From Patescibacteria group bacterium (GTDB lineage: Bacteria > Patescibacteriota > CPR2 > UBA1875 > JAMCYV01): a stretch of 48,748 nucleotides of DNA. Below the pieces are notes generated by a model. The model saw only the letters and a program-made list of their open reading frames with translations, did no database searches and was not told the origin of the DNA. A program made the translations under genes and the position numbers. Below, in pieces: positions 26,800 through 36,910 of this stretch (position 1 is the first letter of the stretch; each line of letters starts with the position of its first letter). Where the stretch lies: NCBI GenBank assembly GCA_023473595.1, contig JAMCYV010000022.1:1-48748 (forward strand), given 5' to 3'.

Positions 26800-27928
26800 C
26801 AGAAATTATTTTAACTAAATTTTTATCAAAAATAGAAGGGATAAAGTTTTCCGGTGTCGGATTCTTAATCATTCCGGCTATTGATTCGGCGACAGCAATC
26901 TTGATTTCCGGTGTGACTTTTCTAATGCCACTGTCTAAAAGGCCGCGGAAAAGCCCTGGAAAAACCAAAGCATTGTTTACTTGGTTTGGGAAGTCGCTTC
27001 TGCCAGTGGCGATAATCTTGGCGCTGCCTTTTTTAGCCTCTTCTGGCATGATTTCAGGCGCCGGATTAGCTAAAGCGAAGACGACAGCATTTGGATTCAT
27101 TTTCTTAATGTCTTCTTTCATAAATTGATTTGGTTTTGAAACCCCAATCAAGACATCGGTTCCCGGAAGTGCATCAGTACACTTATTTGAGCAGGGGCAG
27201 GAAGCGGCGCTTTTAACCATCATCGTCTTTTTCTGGCCGTTTAGCTCTAAACGGCATTCAGAGATTGTGCCTTTGGAATCGCATAAGCAATAATTATTCA
27301 TCCCATATTCTCCCAGAATTTTGGCAATGGCAATTCCAGCGGCACCGGCCCCAGAAATTAAAATCTTCACATCTTTTCCTTTACCGACTACTTTTAAGGC
27401 ATTTATTAGTCCTGCCAAGACAACAATGGCTGTTCCGTCCTGGTCATCATGAAAGACGGGGATATCCAGCTCTTTGGAAAGGCGTTTTACTATCTCAAAA
27501 CATCCGGGTGCCGCAATATCTTCTAAATTAATTGCCGAAAAAGTAGGAGCAATATTTTTGATCGTCTTTATAATTTCTTCTAGCTCCTGAGTATTTAAAA
27601 GAATGGGATATGCGTCGATGTTCGCAAATCTTTTGAAAATAGCTGCCTTTCCTTCCATTACCGGAAGCCCGGCTTCTGGGCCGATATTGCCAAGCCCCAA
27701 GATGGCAGAGCCATCGGTAATAATAGCGACGGAATTCTTTTTATTCGTATAATCGTTTACAGCTTCTGGTCTTTCAACTATTTTTTTACAAACTTCGGCC
27801 ACTCCGGGAGTATAGTAAAGCGCCAAGTCTTCAGCCGTTTCTAAGCTTACTTTTGGTTTAATCTCAATCTTGCCTCGAGTCTTTTTGTGAAGTTCAAGGG
27901 ATTTTTTGATTATATCTTTGATATTCAT
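26777..27928 (-). CDS. NAD(P)-dependent malic enzyme
   Basis: YTPGVA, TDGSAILGLG, INLEDI, FHDDQDGT, GAGAAG, ALANP, GRSDFPNQVNN. Confidence 0.95.
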   Translation of the reverse strand: MNIKDIIKKSLELHKKTRGKIEIKPKVSLETAEDLALYYTPGVAEVCKKIVERPEAVNDYTNKKNSVAIITDGSAILGLGNIGPEAGLPVMEGKAAIFKRFANIDAYPILLNTQELEEIIKTIKNIAPTFSAINLEDIAAPGCFEIVKRLSKELDIPVFHDDQDGTAIVVLAGLINALKVVGKGKDVKILISGAGAAGIAIAKILGEYGMNNYCLCDSKGTISECRLELNGQKKTMMVKSAASCPCSNKCTDALPGTDVLIGVSKPNQFMKEDIKKMNPNAVVFALANPAPEIMPEEAKKGSAKIIATGRSDFPNQVNNALVFPGLFRGLLDSGIRKVTPEIKIAVAESIAGMIKNPTPENFIPSIFDKNLVKIISDAVKSAK

Positions 27929-27993
27929 AACTAAACAACTAATTTACAAATTTTAAAACGAATCTTACCAATACTACGAATAAATCTCTAATC

Positions 27994-28017
27994 TGTCATT
28001 CTGGCTTGACCAGAATC
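27994..28017. repeat. Uninterrupted copy of the TGTCAT palindromic unit
   Basis: TGTCATTCTGGCTTGACCAGAATC. Confidence 0.75.
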
Positions 28018-28111
28018 ATTCACTTGCTTCGTATGAATCATTACTTCTTTGGATTCCGGATCAACAGTTTATTTTATGAGAATGAAATTGATAATTTTTT
28101 CTTTCGCCAGT

Positions 28112-28639
28112 TTATTTGCTACTTTTTACTGTTTTAGGTACTGGTTCAAATTGAACGTCTTTTTCACCCTTTAGGGCTCTTTCAGTCATCCAAAGTTCCT
28201 CTAAGATTCCATCAAAGAGTTTGTAGTTTTTAGCTTCTTCAAAAGTAACCCATTTGTAATCCTGGGTATCTTCATCTAGTTTTATTTCATCGCCAGCCCA
28301 ATCAGCGACAAAAGAAAGAACGATCGAAGCATATTCTTTGTCAGTATCCCAAGTAAGAGAAGTAAGGTACCAGATATTTTTGATGTCTAAATTAGTCTCT
28401 TCTTTTATTTCTCTTTTTAAGCTTTCTTCCAAGATGTTATACCAATAGTCACCGACATCTTTGGGGAAGGGGAGGAAATCCTCGGTCGTAAAATGCCCGC
28501 CGGGAACATGCCACATTCCGGGAAAAGTCTCCTCATGCTCGGCTCTCTGAGTTATAAGATAGCGAGGTGTTATCCCTTCTTTATAAGGTTCTTTTAAAAT
28601 TATAGCGGTTGAAAGGATCTTAAAATATTTTTCTTGCAT
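28112..28639 (-). CDS. Nudix hydrolase, paralog 1
   Basis: FPGMWHVPGG...DYWYNILEESLKREIKEETNL. Confidence 0.85.
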   Translation of the reverse strand: MQEKYFKILSTAIILKEPYKEGITPRYLITQRAEHEETFPGMWHVPGGHFTTEDFLPFPKDVGDYWYNILEESLKREIKEETNLDIKNIWYLTSLTWDTDKEYASIVLSFVADWAGDEIKLDEDTQDYKWVTFEEAKNYKLFDGILEELWMTERALKGEKDVQFEPVPKTVKSSK

Positions 28640-28659
28640 TTCTCCTCCTATCTAATTTT

Positions 28660-29169
28660 TTATACAGCTCTTTGCCACTCAACATCTTTTTCTCCAACCA
28701 ATTTTCTTTCTGCTAAGTAAATCTCATCTAGTATGCCATCGATTAAATCATATTTTTTTGCTTCCTCATAAGTAACCCAGGCATGGTCGGTCATATCTTC
28801 ATCTAATTTAATTTTCCCGTCTGCATATTCAGCAACGAAAGATAGGGTAAGTGAACCGTGCCCTTCTTCTGTTAATCTGGCAAGTGAAGTGAGATAGAAA
28901 ATATTTTTGATTTCAATTCCTGCTTCTTCCCTAACCTCCCTCCTTAATCCTTTCTCCAAAACATTATACCAGTAATCCTTTGTTTCCTTTTTAGTAAATG
29001 TGTAATCGGATTGATGGAGTTTGCCTCCCGGTACCGTCCACATTCCTGGAAAAGTTCTTTCCTTATTAGATCTCTTTAAAATCAAGTATTTCGATGGGAC
29101 TTCTTTTTGATAAGGTTTTTTCAATACAAAAGCAGAGGCGAGAATATTAAACATTTTATTCTTGCTCAT
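28660..29169 (-). CDS. Nudix hydrolase, paralog 2
   Basis: FPGMWTVPGG...DYWYNVLEKGLRREVREEAGI; ATGA overlap with the thrS stop. Confidence 0.85.
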   Translation of the reverse strand: MSKNKMFNILASAFVLKKPYQKEVPSKYLILKRSNKERTFPGMWTVPGGKLHQSDYTFTKKETKDYWYNVLEKGLRREVREEAGIEIKNIFYLTSLARLTEEGHGSLTLSFVAEYADGKIKLDEDMTDHAWVTYEEAKKYDLIDGILDEIYLAERKLVGEKDVEWQRAV

Positions 29170-30911
29170 TTTTTTTCTCCCACCTCTTTTTGAAGAGATT
29201 TAATAAATGCCTCTAGCTTAATATTTGTTATTTTTTTATCTTTTAATGAACGGATAGCTAAGGATTTGCTAGCGACTTCCTTGTCGCCGATTACAACCAT
29301 GTAGGGGATTTTTTGAAGCTCGGCGTCTCGGATCTTCTTGCCAACAGTTTCGTTTTCATCCTTGAGTTCCGAACGAATCCCAATGTCTATTAAATTTTCA
29401 TTGATTTCTTTAGCGTATTTTTTTGCACTTGCCCCGACAGTAATAATATGAACCTGAATCGGTGCCAGCCAGAGGGGGAATGCGCCTCCAAAGTGTTCGA
29501 TCAAGACGCCGATAAATCTTTCCATGGATCCGAGAAGGGTTCTATGGATCATTACCGGCTGAACTTTGGCTCCTTTCTGATCAATATAAAAGAGGTCAAA
29601 TTTTTCCGGGAAATTAAAATCAATCTGGATGGTCGGTCCCTGCCATTCGCGGCTCAAAGCATCTTCTAACTTGATATCAATCTTCGGTCCGTAAAAGACG
29701 CCTTCCCCCGGATCAACCTCATAGGGAAGTTTATATTTTTTCAACGATCTTTCTAAAGCTTCTGTGGCTAATTTCCAGCTTTTATCACTGCCAATGGCTT
29801 TTTCCGGCTTAGTCGAAAGATAAGCTTTGTATTTGAAACCGAAAGTGTCCATCATCTGATTGATTAATTTAAGGATAGTTAAGATCTCATTCTCCAGCTG
29901 ATCCTGGCGACAGAAAATGTGAGCGTCATCTTGGGTAAATCCGCGGACCCTGGTCAAGCCATGAAGGACGCCACTTCTTTCATAGCGGTAGACCGTTCCG
30001 AGTTCGCAATATCTTATCGGGAGATCTCGGTAGCTTCTCATCTGGCTTTTATAGATCTCAATGTGAAAAGGGCAGTTCATCGGCTTAATCAGGTATTCCT
30101 GGGCATCGATCTTCATTGGAGAATAAAGGTTTTCTCTATAGAAATCCCAGTGGCCGCTCTTTTTCCATAAATTAATATTTCCGATATGAGGCGTATAAAC
30201 ATAATCGTAGCCGTTTCTCTTATGAATCTCTTTCCAGTAGCATTCGATTACCTCTCTTAAAATTGCTCCTTTAGGATGCCAGATAGGGAGGCCGCCGCCA
30301 AGCTCTTCTGGAGTAGAAAAAAGGTCAAGTTCTCTGCCAAGTTTCCGGTGGTCTCTCCTTTCAGCTTCTTCAAGGTTTCGAAGATAATTATCTAGTTCTT
30401 TTTGGGTCTTAAAAGCAGCGCCATAAATTCGCTGGAGCATCGGCCGGGCTTCGTCTCCTTTCCAATAAGCGCCGGAAATTCTGGTAAGTTTGAAAGCCCC
30501 GACTTTTTCAGTAGAAGCTACATGTGGACCTTTGCAAAGGTCCACAAAATTACCGATTTTATAAAAACTGACTTTTTTAGTTTTCTCTGCTTTTAAGTCG
30601 GCAAGAAGCTCTTCTTTGTACGGCTGTTTAGCCTTTTTAGCAGCTTTTATGGCTTCGTCGATCCCAACTTCGGACTTTTCAAACGGAAGATCAGATTTAA
30701 TAATCGAACGCATTTTTTCTTCTATTAGCGGCAAATCTTCAGGAATTAGAGTCCTTGGCAGGTCAAAATCATAATAAAAGCCATTTTCTATCGTCGGTCC
30801 GATAGCAAGCTTCGCTTCCGGAAACATTTCGACAACTGCTGCTGCCATGATATGAGCCAGCGAATGCCGCATGGTCTCAATATCTGCTTCTTTTTTGTTT
30901 TTATTAACCAT
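29166..30911 (-). CDS. thrS: Threonine--tRNA ligase (no TGS domain)
   Basis: RHSLAH, DLCKGPH, DHRKLG, KPMNCP, YRYE, RVRGFTQDDAH, FYGPKID, HRTLLGSMERF. Confidence 0.98.
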   Translation of the reverse strand: MVNKNKKEADIETMRHSLAHIMAAAVVEMFPEAKLAIGPTIENGFYYDFDLPRTLIPEDLPLIEEKMRSIIKSDLPFEKSEVGIDEAIKAAKKAKQPYKEELLADLKAEKTKKVSFYKIGNFVDLCKGPHVASTEKVGAFKLTRISGAYWKGDEARPMLQRIYGAAFKTQKELDNYLRNLEEAERRDHRKLGRELDLFSTPEELGGGLPIWHPKGAILREVIECYWKEIHKRNGYDYVYTPHIGNINLWKKSGHWDFYRENLYSPMKIDAQEYLIKPMNCPFHIEIYKSQMRSYRDLPIRYCELGTVYRYERSGVLHGLTRVRGFTQDDAHIFCRQDQLENEILTILKLINQMMDTFGFKYKAYLSTKPEKAIGSDKSWKLATEALERSLKKYKLPYEVDPGEGVFYGPKIDIKLEDALSREWQGPTIQIDFNFPEKFDLFYIDQKGAKVQPVMIHRTLLGSMERFIGVLIEHFGGAFPLWLAPIQVHIITVGASAKKYAKEINENLIDIGIRSELKDENETVGKKIRDAELQKIPYMVVIGDKEVASKSLAIRSLKDKKITNIKLEAFIKSLQKEVGEKK

Positions 30912-30962
30912 GATACAAGAATTATACTATAGGTTCGGTTTTTTGCCTATTTAAAACCATCT

Positions 30963-31049
30963 TGGTGCCCTCGACTGGACTCGAACCAGCACGGTCTTGC
31001 GACCACTAGCACCTGAAGCTAGTGTGTATACCAATTTCACCACGAGGGC
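30963..31049 (-). tRNA. tRNA-Leu (CAG)
   Basis: GCCCTCG/CGAGGGC acceptor stem, CTAGC-TTCAGGT-GCTAG anticodon arm, long variable arm, GGTTCGAGTCC, encoded CCA. Confidence 0.95.
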
Positions 31050-31088
31050 CCCTTAGTGTTAATTCAGAATTGATAATTGTTAATTATT

Positions 31089-32261
31089 CTACCCTGCCCA
31101 GTAGTAATTTACAAAAGCTAATGTTGTTGTTGCAAAGAGCAAAATTGAAATAAAAATCCATATCTTTCTAGCATCTTCATTCTTCCAAGAAGCGACATAA
31201 AGGTAGATTGGGAAAAGAACCAGAAGGTATCGATTTAGGCTCATCATCGTTCCAGAGGAAAGCGCTACCAAAGCAGTCGCACCCACATAAGCCCCGTAGG
31301 ATTTATTGAATTTTTTGTAAATAAGGTAAGTCATGGCTAGAGCAAGAACGACAAAAAGAATCTGAAGGGTATATTCGATAATAGTCGCATGGGTAATAGT
31401 CATAGTGGCGGCAAAAGCCTTCTTAGTTTCCGAGAATATAAAAAAATCTCGCCCAAAACTCTTCTCAACTTTAAAAAACTTCAAGAAATCGCCATATTTT
31501 AAATAGTGGTAAGTAAAGAATCCTAAAATTCCGGCAGGAATTAAAGCTAAAGGCGCTAGTTTCTGTTTGATTAGCTGCAAGTTTAATTTTTTCTCTTCAA
31601 TTAATTTGCCGATAATGGGAATAAGTAAAAGGGGAGCAGTGATCCGAGTCAGAGCAGCCAGAAGGCCGAAAATCCCGCCCTTCAAGTAATCTTCTTTGTA
31701 TGAATAATAGATTGTTGCCATTGAAAGGAATAAAAAGAGACTTTCGGTGTAGACAGTATTAAAGAAATAAGCCGTAGGGAAAATCAGCATTAGAAAAATC
31801 GGAAGATAAGGGTCCAGTTTCGGATAAAATTCTTTAATAAATTTATAGAAATAGATAAGTCCCAAGATCAAAGAAATAGCGCTAATAAGCCAGCCAGCGA
31901 AAACAAAGTCGCCTAAAGTAAGGGAGGAAACAGCTTTCATAAGAGAAGGATAGAGCGGGAGAAAAACGACATTTGAAAGCTTGGGCAAAACATCACTTGG
32001 TCTACCAACTTCTCTTGTTAAAGAATAACCGTCCTTAGCAATATCGGTGTACCACTCTGAATCCCATTTGTAATGAATATTATTAAAACCCCAGGATTGA
32101 TTGGACTCAAAGCCGCGGATTTTCACAAAGGGATCATAATTGTCGATTGAGAGATTAAAGCGGTTTAAGGCGAAAATGGCGAAGATATTAACAATAAAAA
32201 GCCAGATTAAGCCTATTAAAATTACTTTTTTGTATTTAGAAATAGCTTCTTTTAGTTGCAT
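31089..32261 (-). CDS. GT-C mannosyltransferase-like (PIG-V family) membrane protein
   Basis: KWDSEWYTDIAKDGY, FLPLYP, YTESLFL, ALTR, SLNRY; multi-TM. Confidence 0.85.
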   Translation of the reverse strand: MQLKEAISKYKKVILIGLIWLFIVNIFAIFALNRFNLSIDNYDPFVKIRGFESNQSWGFNNIHYKWDSEWYTDIAKDGYSLTREVGRPSDVLPKLSNVVFLPLYPSLMKAVSSLTLGDFVFAGWLISAISLILGLIYFYKFIKEFYPKLDPYLPIFLMLIFPTAYFFNTVYTESLFLFLSMATIYYSYKEDYLKGGIFGLLAALTRITAPLLLIPIIGKLIEEKKLNLQLIKQKLAPLALIPAGILGFFTYHYLKYGDFLKFFKVEKSFGRDFFIFSETKKAFAATMTITHATIIEYTLQILFVVLALAMTYLIYKKFNKSYGAYVGATALVALSSGTMMSLNRYLLVLFPIYLYVASWKNEDARKIWIFISILLFATTTLAFVNYYWAG

Positions 32262-32291
32262 TTTTTAAATTTAGAGCACTAAGATGATCGG

Positions 32292-33329
32292 TTACCCCTG
32301 CCTAGTTTTTAATTCGTAAAAAATTTTATTAATCTCTTCCTCTGGTAGTTTATGGTTCAATTTTCTTAAAACTTTTTTCCCTACCATATTCCCTAGTACA
32401 ATTTTTCTTTTCTGATTAACAACTTCTGGAGATATCAATTCATATGTCTCTGGGTTTTCCAACACAGCTGATGAATGCAATCCTCCTTTATGGGTAAAAA
32501 CATTTTCACCAATTATTGGTTGTCTGGCTGATACCTTTATTTTTGTATATTGTTCTATTAGTTTAGAAATTTCTGGGAGCAGTGTCAAATCGTATTTTTT
32601 GATGCCATAAAAAACATTCAGAGCAGCACAAATTGTAGAGAGTGAAGCAATACCTGCTCTTTCACCCAAACCATTGATTGTAGTATCTATACATATAACA
32701 CCAGCCTCATAAGCAGTTAATGAATTGGCAACTGCCATACCGAAATCATTATGACAATGTACGTGAAGTTCAGTTTTAATTTCTTGCTTTATTTTTTTAA
32801 TGAATTCAAAAATTCTTAAAGGTGTCATTGCCCCCACAGTGTCAATAACTGAAATTCTGTCGACGCCGATTTCTTCAGCTTTTTTGGCGAAATTAATCCA
32901 ATCATTAAAATTTGTCCGACTCCCATCTTCTAAGGAACACCTAACTTTAAGATTGTTTTCCTTTGCATAGTTCAAAGCGTCTAAAAATCTTTTTTCTGCT
33001 TGTTCTCTAGTAATATGGTACTTGTGTTCTAGACTCAAGTCATTGAGCCCCATAAATATTCCTATCCATTTGCAACCACATTCTAAAACAGCATCAATAT
33101 CCTCTTTGGTTGCTCGAGCGTGACCAATAATATTAGCATTGAGATTCAAGTTAACTATTGTTTTAACATCTTCTTTTATTTTTTGAGAAACTGCTGGATG
33201 ACCAGCTTCAATAAAATCAATACCAAATTGATCTAAAAGTTTAGCAATCTTAATTTTTTGGTTAGTATTAAAAGATACGCTTGTCGTTTGCTCACCCTCT
33301 CGCAAAGTAGTATCTAAGATTTGAATCAT
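32292..33329 (-). CDS. Homocitrate/isopropylmalate synthase family (DRE-TIM), no regulatory domain
   Basis: DTTLREGEQ, DTVG, HCHNDFGMAVAN, GLGERAG, HKGGLH, YE. Confidence 0.88.
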   Translation of the reverse strand: MIQILDTTLREGEQTTSVSFNTNQKIKIAKLLDQFGIDFIEAGHPAVSQKIKEDVKTIVNLNLNANIIGHARATKEDIDAVLECGCKWIGIFMGLNDLSLEHKYHITREQAEKRFLDALNYAKENNLKVRCSLEDGSRTNFNDWINFAKKAEEIGVDRISVIDTVGAMTPLRIFEFIKKIKQEIKTELHVHCHNDFGMAVANSLTAYEAGVICIDTTINGLGERAGIASLSTICAALNVFYGIKKYDLTLLPEISKLIEQYTKIKVSARQPIIGENVFTHKGGLHSSAVLENPETYELISPEVVNQKRKIVLGNMVGKKVLRKLNHKLPEEEINKIFYELKTRQG

Positions 33330-33360
33330 CTTTATGTTTTAACTTGAGGGGCTTTTTTCT

Positions 33361-33437
33361 TGGTGGGCGGTACTGGGCTCGAACCAGTGACCTCTTGCAC
33401 GTCAAGCAAACGCTCTAACCAGCTGAGCTAACCGCCC
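33361..33437 (-). tRNA. tRNA-Val (GAC)
   Basis: GGGCGGT/ACCGCCC acceptor stem, TTGACGT anticodon loop, GGTTCGAGCCC, encoded CCA. Confidence 0.95.
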
Positions 33438-33522
33438 TAGACTAATAATAAATATTATACTCGAAATTAGCTTTTTTTCAATAAAAATTGCCCTCCTGAA
33501 GCAATTTTGCTACGATAAAGGG

Positions 33523-34467
33523 GTGAAAACTACTAAGACAAAAAGTATAGAAGAGAATCTCTTCGAAAAGCCCAAGGAAAAAAGCAATATAGAAAGGGCT
33601 GAAGAGTATTTAAAGGAAAATATTCGGCTTTACCAACTGGATACTTTAAGATGGGCTCTTCTAGATCAAGGCTATTCAAAAAAAGATATTGACGAAGCAG
33701 TCAAAAGGTTGAATCTTCCGGCTCAAGCTTTTGGTAAAAGCGAGCTTGATATCGGATTTTTACTCTCAAATTCTTGGAATTTTTTCTCAAATAACTTTGC
33801 CAAGCTTTTTCTTCTTTATGGTATTTCTATTGTTCCTGGATTAATCCTCGAAAACATAAATTATGCCGATTTTCGTTACTTAGAAACGATTCAAACCGAA
33901 GGGTATTCCATACATCCTGAAGAGATTTTTTCAGCATTCAAATTTCTTTTACTTCCGTATAATATAATCCTTATAATACTTTCAATTTTTGCTGCTATTT
34001 TAGCAATCACTTCGCTTTATAAAGCGATAATAGATACGGACCAGGGTCAAAGTTTACAAATCGGAAGAACTTATAAAGAATCTTTTAAATTTATTCTTCC
34101 CCTTATCTTGATTCAAATTTTAGTCGGACTTAGCATTATAGGAGGTATCTTTCTTCTAATTGTCCCGGCGCTTATTTTCGGAATTTGGTATTCGTTTGCG
34201 CCATTTATCCTTTTTTCGGAAAATTTAAGGGGCAGAGCGGCCTTAAGAAGAAGCCATGACTTGGTCCGCGGCCGATGGTGGGGCGTTTTCGGAAGAATTA
34301 TTCTAGCAAGCCTTTTGGTCGGGGCGATCAGTCTGCCTTTTTCAGCGCTTGCTTTAATCCCTCGAGTCGGGAATATTTTAAATAGTCTGCTCCAAGTAGC
34401 GACTACTATCTTTATAACTACTTATTCTTATTTCTTATACAAAGGATTGAAATCAACCAAACAATAA
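33523..34467 (+). CDS. Hypothetical integral membrane protein
   Basis: About 5-6 TM with ALRRSHDLVRGRWWGVFG motif; GTG start behind a TTGCCC-17-TACGAT promoter. Confidence 0.75.
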   Translation: MKTTKTKSIEENLFEKPKEKSNIERAEEYLKENIRLYQLDTLRWALLDQGYSKKDIDEAVKRLNLPAQAFGKSELDIGFLLSNSWNFFSNNFAKLFLLYGISIVPGLILENINYADFRYLETIQTEGYSIHPEEIFSAFKFLLLPYNIILIILSIFAAILAITSLYKAIIDTDQGQSLQIGRTYKESFKFILPLILIQILVGLSIIGGIFLLIVPALIFGIWYSFAPFILFSENLRGRAALRRSHDLVRGRWWGVFGRIILASLLVGAISLPFSALALIPRVGNILNSLLQVATTIFITTYSYFLYKGLKSTKQ

Positions 34468-34486
34468 TTTTTTAAGATTATTATCT

Positions 34487-36829
34487 TTATTTCTTATCAG
34501 CAAGGGCTTCCTTTAAGACCTCGTCCATACTGCTAACAAAGACAAATTTTAGGGATTTCTTTGTCTGCTCCGGGACTTCTATCATATCTTTCTTATTATT
34601 TTTCGGGAGGATGACAGTTTCTACTCCAGCAGCTTGAGCTGCTAAGACTTTTTCTTTAACGCCGCCGACTTCTAGGACACGGCCTCTTAAAGTAATCTCA
34701 CCAGTCATTCCAACACCTCTCTTAATTGGTCTTTTGATTAAAGATGAAATGATCGAAGTAGCGATGGCAATTCCAGCCGATGGCCCATCTTTTGGGATTG
34801 CTCCTTCGGGGACATGGACATGGATGTCTGTTTGCTTGTAAAATTCCGGATTAATGCCCAATTTTTCTGCTTTTGATCGGGCATAGCTTAAGGCTGCTTG
34901 GGCTGATTCCTTCATAATCTCTCCCAGTTTTCCGGTCAAAATCAAATTCCCTTTTCCTTTCATCGGCGTAGCTTCTATGAAAAGGACTTGGCCGCCGGCG
35001 ACAGTCCAGGCGAGGCCAGTAGCAACACCAACCTCATCTTTCTCTTCAGCAACAGGCAGAGCAAATTTTGCCGGACCTAGATATTCGCTTAAATTTTTTA
35101 CAGTAATATCTACTGTTTCTTTTCTGCCGTTTTCGCTGATTTCTTTTGCTACTTTCCGAAAAATTGTAGCGATTTCTCTTTCTAAGTTTCTTACTCCTGC
35201 CTCACGGGTATATTTACTGATAATGTTGCTTAAGGCCTCTTTTTCAATTTTTACTTCCTTTTCGGAAAGGCCATGGCTTTTTAAAAGTTTTGGAACTAGA
35301 AATTTCTGGGCAATCTGAATTTTTTCGTCTTCTATATAGCCCGGAAATCTTATAATCTCCATTCTGTCTAAAAGGGTAGGGGGAATAGTCTCCAAAATAT
35401 TAGCGGTGGTGATAAAAAGAACATCTGAAAGATCGAAAGGAATCTCCACATAATTGTCAGAGAAGGCGTTGTTTTGCTCTGGATCTAGGATTTCCAAAAG
35501 AGCGGCTGAAGGATCTCCCCTAAAATCCACTCCGACTTTATCTATTTCATCGAGCATGAAAACCGGATTTCTGGTTCCGGCATTCTTTACTCCTTGGATG
35601 ATTCTACCTGGTAAAGCGCCGACATAAGTTCGCCTATGTCCCCGGATTTCGGCTTCATCTCTGATCCCTCCTAGAGACATTCGAACAAATTTTCGATTCA
35701 TTGCCTTGGCAATGGACTTGCCGACTGAAGTTTTTCCTGTCCCCGGAGGACCGACAAAGCAAAGTATCGATCCCCTGATTCTGCCGACTAGCTTAAGGAC
35801 AGCCAAGTATTCCAAAATCCTTTCTTTAACTTTTTCTAGGCCGTAGTGATCTTGATCAAGGATTTTTTTAGCTTCTTTAAGGTTAATTTGATCTTTGGAT
35901 TCCTTGGACCAGGGAAGAGAGACTAAAAGATCGAGATAGCTTCGGATCCAGCTGATTTCCGGTGAGAAAGGCGGCGTTCTTTTAAGTTTATCAAGCTCGC
36001 TCTCTGCGGCTTTTCTGGCATAATCGGGCATCTTTGCTTCTTCAATCTTTCTTCTTAAATTCCTTGTTTCTTCATCCTCTTCAATCCCCAGTTCTTTTTG
36101 GATTGTTTTCATCTCTTCCCTCAAGTAAACTTCTTTTTGCATCTTTTCCAATTCTTTAGCTGTCTTAGTTTGTATTTTTCGAGCTTCTTCAAGGACAGCC
36201 CGCTCTTTGACTAGATATTTATTTAGTTTGATAAGTCTCTCTTTGAAATCAAAAGTTTCTAAAAGGTCTTGCTTTTCCTTAGTCCCAATTTCTGTTGTGA
36301 AGGAAATAATATCGGTCGTTATCACTGGGTCGGAAAGGTCTAAGATGGCGACTAAGACTTCGACTGGGACCGTCTTTCCTAAAGAAACCGACTGCTTGAA
36401 TCCTTCGACTACCGAGTGGAAAAGAGCTTGGATTTCCGGAGTAATCGACGGGTATTCCTTAAATTCTTCGACTAAAGCCTTAAGATAGGGCTTTTTTTGA
36501 GTAAAATCTAAGACCCTAGCTCTCGATTTTCCCTCAATAACAAGCTGAAGTGTCTGGTCCGGCAGTTCTCTCGATTTTGACATCTGGATAACTGTCCCGA
36601 TTTTATAGAGGTCTTCCGTTGTTGGGACTTCAACTTCTTTATTTTTTTGGGTTAGGATTATCGCTTGCTTGTTTTTACTTAAAGCTTCTAAGACTGCATC
36701 TCTAGAAATCCCTTTCTGGACAAAAAGAGAAGTTGTAACATGAGGAAAAAGAACAACATCCTTTATAGTAATAACCGGCAGTTCCTTCTCATTTCTAACT
36801 TTTGTTAGCCTCTCAAAAAATCTTTCCAT
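34487..36829 (-). CDS. lon: ATP-dependent protease La
   Basis: DHYGLEKVKERI, GPPGTGKT, LDEIDK, PKDGPSAG (Ser), GGVKEK (Lys). Confidence 0.98.
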   Translation of the reverse strand: MERFFERLTKVRNEKELPVITIKDVVLFPHVTTSLFVQKGISRDAVLEALSKNKQAIILTQKNKEVEVPTTEDLYKIGTVIQMSKSRELPDQTLQLVIEGKSRARVLDFTQKKPYLKALVEEFKEYPSITPEIQALFHSVVEGFKQSVSLGKTVPVEVLVAILDLSDPVITTDIISFTTEIGTKEKQDLLETFDFKERLIKLNKYLVKERAVLEEARKIQTKTAKELEKMQKEVYLREEMKTIQKELGIEEDEETRNLRRKIEEAKMPDYARKAAESELDKLKRTPPFSPEISWIRSYLDLLVSLPWSKESKDQINLKEAKKILDQDHYGLEKVKERILEYLAVLKLVGRIRGSILCFVGPPGTGKTSVGKSIAKAMNRKFVRMSLGGIRDEAEIRGHRRTYVGALPGRIIQGVKNAGTRNPVFMLDEIDKVGVDFRGDPSAALLEILDPEQNNAFSDNYVEIPFDLSDVLFITTANILETIPPTLLDRMEIIRFPGYIEDEKIQIAQKFLVPKLLKSHGLSEKEVKIEKEALSNIISKYTREAGVRNLEREIATIFRKVAKEISENGRKETVDITVKNLSEYLGPAKFALPVAEEKDEVGVATGLAWTVAGGQVLFIEATPMKGKGNLILTGKLGEIMKESAQAALSYARSKAEKLGINPEFYKQTDIHVHVPEGAIPKDGPSAGIAIATSIISSLIKRPIKRGVGMTGEITLRGRVLEVGGVKEKVLAAQAAGVETVILPKNNKKDMIEVPEQTKKSLKFVFVSSMDEVLKEALADKK

Positions 36830-36910
36830 TATTTAAAAATAATAAAAACAAAGGTTTTCTTCATTGGCGAAAATGGTAAAAAAAGCTATAATGTTTTTGC
36901 TAAAAGAAAA

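Noticed and set aside
31050-33360. Integrated island between tRNA-Val and tRNA-Leu
   Set aside because: No duplicated tRNA 3' end or integrase found
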